From Macrostomum lignano (lineage: Eukaryota), in the NCBI GenBank assembly GCA_002269645.1, contig NIVC01000302.1, positions 254,303-318,302 on the forward strand: DNA of 64,000 bases, given 5' to 3'. A program made the position numbers and the translations under genes. A model generated the notes under the pieces. The model worked only from the letters and a program-made list of their open reading frames with translations, ran no database searches and was not told the DNA's origin. Positions 47,790 to 59,543 of the stretch are shown here, piece by piece. How positions within the stretch are numbered: the stretch's first letter is position 1; each line of letters begins with the position of its first letter.

Positions 47790-49510
47790 CCACAATCTCA
47801 AAAGCTTCACTTCATAATCTCAAAAGCTTCACTTCACAATCTCAAAAGCTTCACTTCACAATCTCAAAAGCTTCACTTCACAATCTCAAAAGCTTCACTT
47901 CACAATCTCAAAAGCTTCACTTCACAATCTCAAAAGCTTCACTTCACAATCTCAAAAGCTTCACTTCACAATCTCAAAAGCTTCACTTCACAATCTCAAA
48001 GCTTCACTTCACAATCTCGAAGCTTCACTTCACAATCTCGAAGCTTCACTTCACAATCTCAAAGCTTCACTTCACAATCTCGAAGCTTCACTTCACAATC
48101 TCGAAGCTTCACTTCACAATCTCAAAAGCTTCACTTCACAATCTCAAAAGCTTCACTTCACAATCTCGAAGCTTCACTTCACAATCTCGAAGCTTCACTT
48201 CACAATCTCAAAAGCTTCACTTCACAATCTCAAAAGCTTCACTTCACAATCTCGAAGCTTCACTTCACAATCTCAAAAGCTTCATTTCACAATCTCAAAA
48301 GCTTCACTTTACAATCTCAAAAGCTTCACTTCACAATCTCAAAAGCTTCACTTCACAATCTCAAAAGCTTCACTTCACAATCTCAAAAGCTTCACTTCAC
48401 AATCTCAAAAGCTTCACTTCACAATCTCAAAAGCTTCACTTCACAATCTCGAAGCTTCATTTCACAATCTCAAAAGCTTCACTTCACAATCTCAAAAGCT
48501 TCACTTCACAATCTCGAAGCTTCACTTTACAATCTCAAAAGCTTCACTTCACAATCTCAAAAGCTTCACTTCACAATCTCGAAGCTTCATTTCACAATCT
48601 CAAAAGCTTCACTTCACAATCTCAAAAGCTTCACTTCACAATCTCGAAGCTTCACTTTACAATCTCAAAAGCTTCACTTCACAATCTCAAAAGCTTCACT
48701 TCACAATCTCGAAGCTTCATTTCACAATCTCAAAAGCTTCACTTCACAATCTCAAAAGCTTCACTTCACAATCTCGAAGCTTCACTTTACAATCTCAAAA
48801 GCTTCACTTCACAATCTCAAAAGCTTCACTTCACAATCTCGAAGCTTCATTTCACAATCTCAAAAGCTTCACTTCACAATCTCAAAAGCTTCACTTCACA
48901 ATCTCGAAGCTTCACTTTACAATCTCAAAAGCTTCACTTCACAATCTCAAAAGCTTCACTTCACAATCTCGAAGCTTCACTTCACAATCTCAAAAGCTTC
49001 ACTTCACAATCTCAAAAGCTTCACTTCACAATCTCAAAAGCTTCACTTCACAATCTCGAAGCTTCACTTTACAATCTCAAAAGCTTCACTTCACAATCTC
49101 GAAGCTTCACTCAACAAGCTCGAAACTTCACTTCACAATCTCGAAGCTTCACTCAACAAGCTCGAAACTTCACTTCACAATCTCGAAGCTTCACTCAACA
49201 AGCTCGAAACTTCACTTCACAATCTCGAAGCTTCACTCAACAAGCTCGAAACTTCACTTCACAATCTCGAAGCTTCACTCAACAAGCTCGAAACTTCACT
49301 TCACAATCTCGAAGCTTCACTCAACAAGCTCGAAACTTCACTTCACAATCTCGAAGCTTCACTCAACAAGCTCGAAACTTCACTTCACAATCTCGAAGCT
49401 TCCCTCAACAAGCTCGAAACTTCACTTCACAATCTCGAAGCTTCACTCAACAAGCTCGAAACTTCACTTCACAATCTCGAAGCTTCCCTCAACAAGCTGG
49501 AAACTTCACA
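47790..49510 (+). repeat. 21/22-bp minisatellite (TCACTTCACAATCTCAAAAGCT), switching to a ~40-bp higher-order unit after ~49090; CTNNBL1-MSH2 spacer
   Basis: Direct reading; source of the 584-aa KLHFTIS ORF. Confidence 0.97.
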
Positions 49511-49984
49511 AGCTTGAAACTAAGTCCTGAAAATTAAACAATTACAGTAAATGAATGAAACGGAAATAAGATCACACGCATATACGATTGAACAATGAAC
49601 ATAGAATCATATACTACTATTAGTATCGATCAGTGCTACATTTACTTACTAAGCGCATTATATGAAAAACAGGCCATTATAACTATAGAGCGGACAAGCA
49701 CATGATGAATACAGGCTACAATTAGTCCGACTCTGTAACCGACTGTCCCTTCAATATATGCATCAGGTATAATACAAAAGCATGTCAAAGCAGGCTGACA
49801 AAAACTAAAAAAAACTGAAGCGGCACAAAAAGTGACTATTGTGTTTTTTGACAGTGTAATTTGTTTTTTTATATTCCGAAGTTTGTAAAGAAATCTAAGA
49901 GCCCGTTTATAAGTTGAAAACTTATTAACCCATGAGATTTAGCTGACTTTCCTGTGTCCAATGTCTGAATCGGATTTCGAGCAC

Positions 49985-50560
49985 TATTACGAGTAATAAC
50001 ATCCTTAACAGCACTATTAACAGCATCCTTAACGGCACTATTAACATCATCCTTAGCGGCACTATTAACAGCATCCTTAACAGCACTATTAACAGCATCC
50101 TTAACGGCACTATTAACATTATCCTTAGCGGCACTATTAACAGCATCCTTGACAGCACTATTAACAGCATCCTTGACAGCACTATTAACAGCATCCTTAA
50201 CGGCACTATTAACAGCATCCTTGACAGCACTATTAACAGCATCATTAACAGCACTATTAACAGGATTTTTGTAACAGCACTATTAACAGCATCCTTGACA
50301 GCACTATTAACAGCATCCTTAACGGCACTATTAACAGCATCCTTGACAGCACTATTAACAGCATCATTAACAGCACTATTAACAGGATTTTTGTAACAGC
50401 ACTATTAACAGCATCCTTGACAGCACTATTAACAGCATCCTTAACGGCACTATTAACAGCATCCTTGACAGCACTATTAACAGCATCCTTGACAGCACTA
50501 TTAACAGCATCATTAACAGCACTATTAACAGTATCCTTAACAGCACTATTAACAGCATCA
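49985..50560 (+). repeat. 24-bp minisatellite (GCACTATTAACAGCATCCTTRACR) downstream of CTNNBL1
   Basis: Direct reading. Confidence 0.95.
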
Positions 50561-50678
50561 TGAGCCTTAGAATTCCACCTGTCTATATGCTGTTATGAAG
50601 AACCTCTAACCATATAGGAAAAATAACCCTAAAGAAGCGCACTCCAGTCCATCTGAAAGTAGTCCTTGGCAGTGAAAT

Positions 50679-53600
50679 TCACTCGGCCAATCCGAATCGT
50701 TCTTTAAACACGGCCAGCAGCGGCTCCAGCCGGGCCTTCTCCTCTGCGTCATCGCTGTGCGCCAGGTGCTCTTTGACAACTCCGTGCACGGCGGGCAGCG
50801 GACTAGATCGCATGTTGAACATCTGGCGGACTGGCCGAACAACGCCGGCATCTGGCGGCGACATGGCGCACACTTGGAGCAGGATTAGGTCCACCAGCTG
50901 CAGGGTGAACAGGCCCATTTCCAGTCTGAGGACAAGTAGGAAAATTAAACACTAGAATAGCCTGGTGGAGTCATATAGGATTTGTTTTAAAAAGATGATA
51001 CTAAATTGGCTTGTCATATTTTTTTCAAATCTCACTAATCTTTTCAACAAGTATGATTGCCTTATCAAGACAGGTAATTTTGTAATCCCCTACAGATAAA
51101 CCGCTAATCTCATAGATAATCTGCTAATCTCCTACAGAAAATCCGCTAATCTCCTATAGAAAATCCGCTAATCTCGTATAGAAAATCCGCTTATCTCCTA
51201 TAGAAAATCCGCTAATCTCCTATAGAAAATCCGCTAATCTCCTACAGAAAATCCGCTTATCTCCTATAGAAAATCCGCTTATCTCCTATAGAAAATCCGC
51301 TTATCTCCTATAGAAAATCCGCTAATCTCCTATAGAAAATCCGCTAATCTCCTATACGAGCGTAGATGATCAGCTAATCTCCTATAGATGATCAGCTAAT
51401 CTCCTATAGATGATCAGCTAATCTCCTATACGAGCGTAGATGATCAGCTAATCTCCTATACGAGCGTAGATGATCAGCTAATCTCCTATACGAGCGTAGA
51501 TGATCAGCTAATCTCCTATAGATGATCAGCTAATCTCCTATAGATAATCCTATATATAGAGCTCGAGTGAAGCTCGATTGTCTCCTATAGGTATAATTCG
51601 CTAATTTCCTATAGATAATCCGCTCATCAGCTATAGATATAATCCGCTAATCTCCTATAGATGATCTGCTAATCTCCTATGGACAATTCGCTAATCTCCT
51701 ATCGATAAAATCCACAAAGCCCCAACGCCAACAGTGACCCGCTAATCTCAGCAGCGTTAATCGTCTAATTCCCGCACCGTCTCAGATAGACTTCCTCCTC
51801 CAGCTCCTCCTCAGTGCTGGCATTCCACAGCTCCGGCTGGCGCCGTTCAGCCAGCAGCCGCCTGTCAGCCGCTTTGACAGAATCGCGCCATTTAAAATGC
51901 AGCTCAGCCAGCCGCTCCATCTTGGCGTGATCGTTCTCAACAAACTTAGCCAGAATCCTAGTCTTGTGCGTAGGCGAATTAGCGCAGTGCCGCAACAGAT
52001 TGTGCAATATTGAGCACAGGTGCTCTTCAATCTCTTGTACTGAGAAGCCGCTTTTTTTCGGTTTTGGCGGTCGCATAAACACCGGGAAGATAGTTCTTAG
52101 GCCGAGAATGTCCACGAATTTTAAGGCGTTATCCGCACCGTCTGGCCCGTTCAGTGCGTAGTCCAGCACCTGCGGTGGTTATGTGAGTGAGTCAGTGAGT
52201 GAGTGAGTAAGTGAGTGAGTGAGTGAGTCAGTTAGTGAGTCAGTGAGTCAGTCAGTGAGTCAGTCAGTCAGTCAGTCAGTCAGTCAGTCAGTCAGTGAGT
52301 CAGTCAGTCAGTGAGTCAGTCAGTCAGTCAGTCAGTGAGTCAGTCAGTCAGTCAGTGAGTCAGTCAGTGAGTGAGTGAGTCAGTCAGTCAGTGAGTCAGT
52401 CAGTGAATCAGTGAGTCAGTCAGTCAGTCAGTCAGTGAGACAGTCAGTGAGTCAATAAGTCAGTCAGTCAGTGAGTCAGTCAGTGAGTCAGTGAGTGAGT
52501 CAGTGAGTGAGTCAGTCAGTCAGTGAGTCAGTCAGTGAGTCAGTGAGTCAGTCAGTGAGTCAGTGAGTCAGTCAGTGAGTCAGTCAGTCAGTGAGTCAGT
52601 CAGTCAGTCAGTGAGTCAGTCAGTGAGTCAGTGAGTCAGTCAGTGAGTCAGTCAGTCAGTGAGTCAGTCAGTCAGTCAGTGAGTCAGTCAGTGAGTCAGT
52701 GAGTCAGTCAGTGAGTCAGTCAGTGAGTCAGTCAGTGAGTCAATAAGTCAGTCAGTCAGTCAGTCAGTCAGTCAGTCAGTCAGTCAGTCAGTCAGTCAGT
52801 CAGTCAGTCAGTCAGTCAGTCAGTCAGTCAGTCAGTCAGTCAGTCAGTCAGTCAGTCAGTCAGTCAGTCAGTCAGTCAGTCAGTCAGTCAGTCAGTCAGT
52901 CAGTCAGTCAGTCAGTCAGTCAGTCAGTCAGTCAGTCAGTCAGTCAGTCAGTCAGTCAGTCAGTCAGTCAGTGAGTCAGTAAGTGAGTCAGTCAGTGAGA
53001 CAGTCAGTGAGTCAATAAGTCAGTGAGTCAGTCAGTGAGTCAGTCAGTGAGTCAGTCAGTGAGTCAGTCAGTGAGTCAGTCAGTGAGTCAGTCAGTGAGT
53101 CAGTGAGTCAGTGAGTCAGTGAGTCAGTGAGTCAGTCAGTCAGTCAGTCAGTCAGTCAGTCAGTCAGTCAGTCAGTCAGTCAGTGAGTCAGTCAGTGAGT
53201 CAGTCAGTGAGTCAGTCAGTGAGTCAGTCAGTGAGTCAGTCAGTGAGTCGGTCAGTGAGTCAGTGAGTGAGTCAATAAGTCAGTCAGTCAGTCAGTCTGT
53301 GAGTCAGTCAGTGAGTCAGTCAGTGAGTCAGTCAGTGAGTCAGTCAGTGAGTCAGTGAGTCAGTGAGTCAGTCAGTCAGTCAGTCAGTTAGTCAGTGAGT
53401 CAGTCAGTCAGGCTACCTTCAGAGCCGACGGCCTGGCAACCCGCTTCTCCCTGAGGATCAGATTCATCAATTGCAGCCCTTCGCCTCGCAGGAATCGGTC
53501 TTTATTAGCCTTGGCTAGCAGGGCGCTGCACAGACAATTAAAGAGATTCTCCATCAGCTCGCGCTCCTCAGAATCTGCCGGATCCTGCCGTTTATAATGG

Positions 53601-55156
53601 GCCAGCTGGTTGAGCAGAATATCAACGCCTTTGAGCTCTCCTAGTAGCAGACGATTGGGCTCGGAGCTTTGCAATAGTATGGCCAATAGCTCGCTAGCGT
53701 ACAGCTTATTGGGACTGAAGCCCCGCTTGCCAATGCGTTTAAGCAAGCAGGCTAGCAGGCCTTGCTTAGACGCCATCTGCTCCAGGCAGTCCGGTCGGGC
53801 CTCGCACAGGTTCTCGATTATGCCTGCGATTGGGGAGAGCAGTGACCAGATTGTCAGTCAGAAAGTGGCCAGCTTGTCAGGAAGAGTGACCAGACTGTCA
53901 GTCAGAGAGTGACCAGACTGTCAGTCAGAGAGTGACCAGATTGTCAGTCAGAGAGTGATCAGATTGTCAGTCAGAGAGTGACCAGATTGTCAGTCAGAAA
54001 GTGGCCAGCTTGTCAGTCAGAGAGTGACCAGATTGTCAGTCAGAGAGTGACCAGACTGTATCAGTCAGAAAGTGACCAGATTGTCTGTCAGATAGTGACC
54101 AGATTGTTAGTTAGAAAGCGGTTAGAATATCAGGCAGAGTGACCAAATGGTCATTTTGAGTGACCAGATGTCAGTCAGAAAATAGCCAGATTGTCAGTCA
54201 GTGACAAGATTGTCAGGCAAAGTGACCAGGATTGCTAGTCAGAGAGTGACCAGTATAGACTGTCAGGGTGCCCAATTCGTCATTCAACAGAGTAAACAGA
54301 CGTTTAGCTTAACTGAACAAGTGAAACAGACCTCCGTGAAGGAGTGATTAGTCATACGAGCCATAATTCTCCGAACAACACAAGCACAGCAACATCACTA
54401 ACCAAAAGACGAATGCACTCCGTCAGCCTCCTCCTTGATAGTCTCATCCAGACGGTCAAGATTCTGCACCAGCATCATGACCAGCTGGGCATCCATCAGT
54501 TTGGCAATCAGCTGTTCAGTATCGTCCGGATTCTCGGCCAATACATCAGTGTCTGTCATCTCTTCTATTAGATCAATGACAGCAATAGAAATGTCGGTGT
54601 TCTCGTGCAGCACCAACTGCAGCAGGGTGTCCAGTACAGGCAGTTCGCACAGCACAGGATAAGCGGCTGGCACAGTGGGCAAGGTGTGCAGCTCCTGCAG
54701 AGCTGAGTGCAGTTCAACCTCGGACTCCATGAACTTCTCCGGATTATCCGAATATTTCACTCGAAGTTCGGCATTCCTAGCCGCTCGCTTCTCCAGTTGA
54801 AGCATCAGCAGGCGCATCCCGGACACGCTGTCAGCCTTTGACGGCTTGGAAGCGTCGGCATCGTCGCTGTCGACTTTCGCGTCATCGCCCTCCGCATTGT
54901 CGTCGGCTTCGAGGGCGCGCAGGACGGCCTCTTTATTAAGGCCAGCTGGTTGCTGCGGCGCCGATGCAGAGGGCGGCACTCGAGATGATCGAGCGACGCC
55001 AGCGCCGGTACCCGACGCTGAGGCCGAGGCGGCGGCGGCGGCAACGGCCAGACGAGCTCGCTTCCGCTCCACGTAGCCTGTGTCCGTGTTGTCCGAGAAA
55101 CGCGTCCGGCGCTGGCCGGGCGTGGCCGGCTTGTAGGACAGAACCTCGGTGATGTC
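50679..55156 (-). CDS. CTNNBL1: Beta-catenin-like protein 1 (PRP19/CDC5L complex). Exons 55156-54403, 53823-53417, 52169-51778, 50924-50679; initiator ATG absent from the first exon
   Basis: RNAELRVKYSDNPEKFMESEVELH, HENTDISIAVIDL, KEEADGVH, NKLYASELLAILLQ, GEGLQLMNL, KFVDILGLRTIFP. Phases 1,0,2 are consistent. Confidence 0.94.
51080..51715 (+). repeat. ~22-bp repeat (AATCTCCTATAGAAAATCCGCT) in the last CTNNBL1 intron
   Basis: Direct reading. Confidence 0.92.
52185..53410 (+). repeat. (AGTC/AGTG)n microsatellite filling a CTNNBL1 intron
   Basis: Direct reading. Confidence 0.98.
53835..54265 (+). repeat. 23-bp repeat (GAGTGACCAGATTGTCAGTCAGA) in the first CTNNBL1 intron
   Basis: Direct reading. 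Confidence 0.92.
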
Positions 55157-55279
55157 CTGCAAATGTAAGGGAAATTTTATATCTCGATTCTCGATGGTAA
55201 AGGAATTGGGCCGGAGCCTACACGTAGCTTCAGTTTCAGGCGCCCTGGAATGTTAGCAGTGAGAAGCAGGGTCTGAGAA

Positions 55280-55460
55280 TTTAGTATCTGGGAGGGTTGT
55301 AGCACGGCAACTGAGGATCTGGGAGGGTGGCAGCACAGCAACTGAGGATCTGGGAGGCTGGCGGTGGCCCAGCAACTGAGGATCTGGAGGCTGGCAGCAC
55401 AGCAACTGAGGATCTGGGAGACTGGCTGCACAGTAACTGAGGATCTGGGAGGCTGGCGGT
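55280..55460 (+). repeat. Short degenerate array related to the VWA5A intron 5 28-mer (CAACTGAGGATCTGGGAGGCTGG)
   Basis: Shares the core motif with 29333-30355. Confidence 0.85.
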
Positions 55461-55715
55461 GGCGTCCATATACTAAAAATAGCAACTAAATTTATTTTAA
55501 ATCATTTAAAATATCAAACCACGATTAAAAAAGTATTATTTGTACTGTCCAAAATTTCAACTAACGAAGGCGTTAATAAATAAATTAATATACATATAAG
55601 TAGTAATAACACACATCCATAAATGCACATTGCGTCAATTGTTAAATTGGTGTAAATTTAGTTAACAGAAAACACAGATTGCCAAAAAATGAGCACATCA
55701 TCTAGCGAACGGTAT

Positions 55716-58700
55716 CTAGGACTCTGAGCTTGCCAACGTGTTGCATTTCAACAGGTAGTGCATAGCGGAATCGCTGAGCGACAATTTGAGTTTACGATCA
55801 ACTAATCGAACAAGCGAACGCCTGTTGAAGCCAGCGGATGGGGCCAGGCAGCGGGCGAACTCAGCCCGGTCCAAGGACTCCTGACGGCCGAACGGGCGAC
55901 AGCTGGGCAGCGGCTGGCGAAGGTCTCGGAGTAGACGACCGAGACCTGGCCGCGGCTCTATCAGTGGCAGTTGGTTGCTAGGTAACTTAGCTGATCCTCC
56001 TCCTGACAGCGACTGGCCAATATGGTTGCTAGGCAACTCGGCTGATCCTCCTCCTGACAGCGACTGGCCAATCTGGTTGCTAGGCAACTCGCTGATCCTC
56101 CTCCTGACAGCGACTGGCCAATCTGGTTGCTAGGCAACTCGGCTGATCCTCCTCCTGACAGCGACTGGCCAATCTGGTTGCTAGGCAACTCGGCTGATCC
56201 TCCTCCTGACAGCGACTGGCCAGTCTGGTTGCTAGGCAACTCGGCTGATCCTCCTCCTGACAGCGACTGGCCAATCTGGTTGCTAGGTAAAGAAAGCCGA
56301 GCTAACAGGCTGAGCCCCGACGACGCCAACTGATCAGCCGCCTCGGCGCATCGGCGACGACGTCTACGCAGCCAGTCGGCGAAGGCGAGGACGTCGGCAG
56401 ATTGCGAAATCGTATTCAGCGTAGAAGCAGCAGAATTAGTTCCTCCTAGAAGCAGCAGTGCAGCATCAATAGGCGCCGGCGGTACCGCAATCGACAATCG
56501 ACAATCACCGGCGCCAGATTCCGGCAATACAAAGTGCACCAGGTTCAACAGTTGGCGAATGTCGCCACGGCAGGCGTCGACCAGTTCGATTGCCGCGTCG
56601 GCCGACAATCGACAGCCAAGAGCCAGGCAGACCACGCGAGCGTAGGCCGCCACGAGAGGTCGACTGGGCCGGCGTAGCTTAAAAATCGGCGCCGTGTCGG
56701 TCAGGCCGAGACCGCGTCGTAGCGACTCGGCGTCGGCGGCGGCCAACAGCAGCGGCTTGCGACTGGATGCGCAGACGCTGGACACTAGGCGACGCAACGA
56801 TGGCTCGTCGTCCAACGGTTGATCGGCATCGTCTAGCAAGATTAGCCAGGAGCTGCTGACGGATAGGGCCTGCGGATTTGAGAATGCGTTGGTTGGCGCT
56901 TTCGCAAATTAAAGCACGCACACGTGTGGGCACATCAGGAATCGAACCCGGGACTTTTAACAGCCTAATCCAAGATACGTTTGCCAAAGTAATGGAGCTC
57001 CTGTCTATGGTAGCAAGGCTGGCACAGTAGCATTTAATTTCGTTCATAGCATCACCCATAGATCTTATATTCCCTAAATGCGCCACTTTGTATTGCAGCA
57101 ATAGGGAAAGCGCGACCGCTGTTTTTCGTCACTTGTGCGAAAAAAAGCCGACATGGGTTGCTTGAATTTTGAGTTCAGTAGCTTAGGTACGCTATTTTTT
57201 GAGAATGTGATAGAAATTTTCATAAATTAAATAAAAAGCTACTCAATCCAATTAAAAATGATGCATGCACTGTAGAGACTACTGACGAAATTGAGTTCAG
57301 TAGTTGATTCTCGCGCTGTCGCGAGTTGCTTCTTCTTTTACATTAGCTTCTATGGCCACATAAGCGGTGAATGATGGCCCATCTTGTGTATATATGATCT
57401 TTGGCTTCACCCCCAGATCTTAATTCAGACATGACTGACACAAGCAGTGAGGACGAGAGCAATGTTTCATTTGCAACTGCTGCAGGGGAGCAAGATCAGT
57501 CAAATAATCGTGGACCATTTGCTAAGACTGTCGAACAAACGCCAAGGGACCTCGTGATGGAAGCGGAGTTTTGACATGTTGAAATGCTCTTTTTTGTTTT
57601 GTTATAGTTGAACAGATTGCATTTGTGACGTCACCTTGTATTGGCACAGTGAAATTTGTTTATATAAATTGTATTACACAGCTGTAACTCATGACTGGGT
57701 TTCATAGTCGCTATGGATCAAGTTGATGCTTGTTGGACCAAATTAAATGCCGCTGTGCCAGCCTTGCTACCATAGACAAAAGCTCCGTTGCATTGGCAGA
57801 AATTGTATCGTATATAGCGGACGTTTCAATTTTCATTAGAATGAATGGGTAAACTTGTTCAACCTGAATTTTTTTTTGCCCCGCAATTTAGCAAATATAG
57901 AAAGTAGAACATTTTTTTAACCTTATTAGCCTGCGCACATCAGTGATATCGTGCATGAAACTATAGACTTTGAGATTAGGATTTAATTTTTTGCCTCTGT
58001 TGACAGGCCCTTCTAGTCGTCAGTTTTAGATAGAAACTAGCCCAATAAAACACGTTTAGGTAATCGGCATTAGCACGTGATGTTTTGCAGGTGTTTCGCA
58101 ATTTTTTAATAACATCGTTGAGTTTTATGTAAATGAAACTAGTTTGCTATGATGGCCGATATAAACATTTTATACAGTTGCTGTATTCGATTTTATTTGA
58201 CACAAATTGCGTCAATTTGCTTTACAAGCGCTAATTTGCAGGCGCTCTGCACTGACCCCTCTCAGGCTGCTGCTGCCTGCCACTCCCGCCTGTTCTGCGA
58301 GCGCGTTTGTGCAATGGGTCTCCCCTCTGGGCCTAAACCTAAATAAACTGTAGATGTATATTAAGATATAAATAATAAATTATGTATTTATTTAGAATTC
58401 CAGTGCCATTTGACAGCCTGGGTCTGAGTTCAGGATGTCAAAATTAAAGTTAATGTGCAGAGTTGCCATCAGCGCCAGTAGTGAGACGATGTTGCCCGCA
58501 AATAGTGTGCCTAAAACCTTCCTGCGAATATTTTTATACAGTAAATTCACTCAATAGGCCATGAACCGCAAGCTTACAGGTGCGCCATCGAGCGAATCAG
58601 TCTCATCTTCAGCGTCCGAATCGTTGCGATGACGCCACTTTCGCTCCACCTGACAACACGTGGCCGCCTGGTGCAGCCGCTGCGCCAGCTTAGCCCCGTG

Positions 58701-59543
58701 TCGCCGCTCCTCGGCGCCAATTTCAAAAACGCGCAAGCCATGCTGACGCGCAATCGCCCGGGCTACGCAGCTCCGGCCGGGGCCTTCAATTAGCGCCACG
58801 CGATTCGAGCAACTACTATTCGAAACTGCGGCTGAAGCCAGCCAATCTGACAAATTTCTCACAGCTTCAGCGTTGCCAAGCACGCCAGCTGCGCAGCGAG
58901 GCGCCAGAAGTTCGTCAAGAGAGCGACGGGAGCAAGGTAGCCCTCTATTGTTATTAGCATTAGTATTAGCAATAGCCGCACGCAGCTCGGTCAGGTAGCG
59001 ACCAGCTGGGAAACCTGGCTGCAATGCGCGCACATTGGCCAACACAGCGGCTGTATTGAAATGTTCGCCAACAATTGGCAGGCGGTCCAACCGGAACTGG
59101 ACAACAGCAGCGGCGGAGTCAATCAAGCTAGCCGAGTTCCCTCGATCGCCATAGTTATAAAGTACACTGCCAGTAGTGCAGTCAGCGGTGCACACGCCAG
59201 CTAAACAGCTGTCACTGAACAGCGATGCTGGAGCTTGCCAGCCAACGTGGATGCACCAAGCGGGCGGTAAAGGCCAACAGAATATGGCAGCAGAAACTCC
59301 CTTATCCGAGTCCTTCTCACTAGCTGGCCCAGGCTGACAAAAGTCAGCAGCAAGGAATGCTTGACGACGCACCAGTGGCGCGGAGGATAGCAGCTTTCTA
59401 CCTTCGCTTTGCTCATTATCATTACAATTTTCAACAATAAAGCAGGACGATTCGAGCGCACTGGGTGCCGATTTTGCTGGCAGAAAATAGTCGGCTATGC
59501 GACGACTGCAGGCGGCTGAGGAACGTCGCTGCTGCTTTGGCAT
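55716..59543 (-). CDS. ATAD5: ATAD5/Elg1-like RFC large subunit (PCNA unloader), ~706 aa. Exons 59543-58578 and 56869-55716, with an apparent 1-nt deletion near 56090
   Basis: LLAPRCAAGVLGNAEAVRNLSDWL; LRVFEIGAEERRHGAKLAQRLHQAATCCQV (Elg1-type); WLILLDDADQP..SSRKPLLL; CRGDIRQLLNLVHF; N-terminal IADYF. Phase-0 intron. Confidence 0.75.
55984..56288 (-). repeat. 51-bp x6 tandem repeat, probably coding (LPSNQIGQSLSGGGSAE)
   Basis: In frame with the ATAD5 exon on both sides except for one missing base in unit 4. Confidence 0.85.
56980..57800. mobile_element. MITE with ~60-bp imperfect TIRs in the ATAD5 intron
   Basis: GGAGCT..TGTCTATGGTAGCAAGGCTGGCACAG..GCATTTAATTT at 56994-57040 is inverted at 57740-57786. 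Confidence 0.75.

Noticed and set aside
47783-49537. 584-aa KLHFTIS ORF
   Set aside because: Intergenic 21/22-bp satellite that happens to lack stops.
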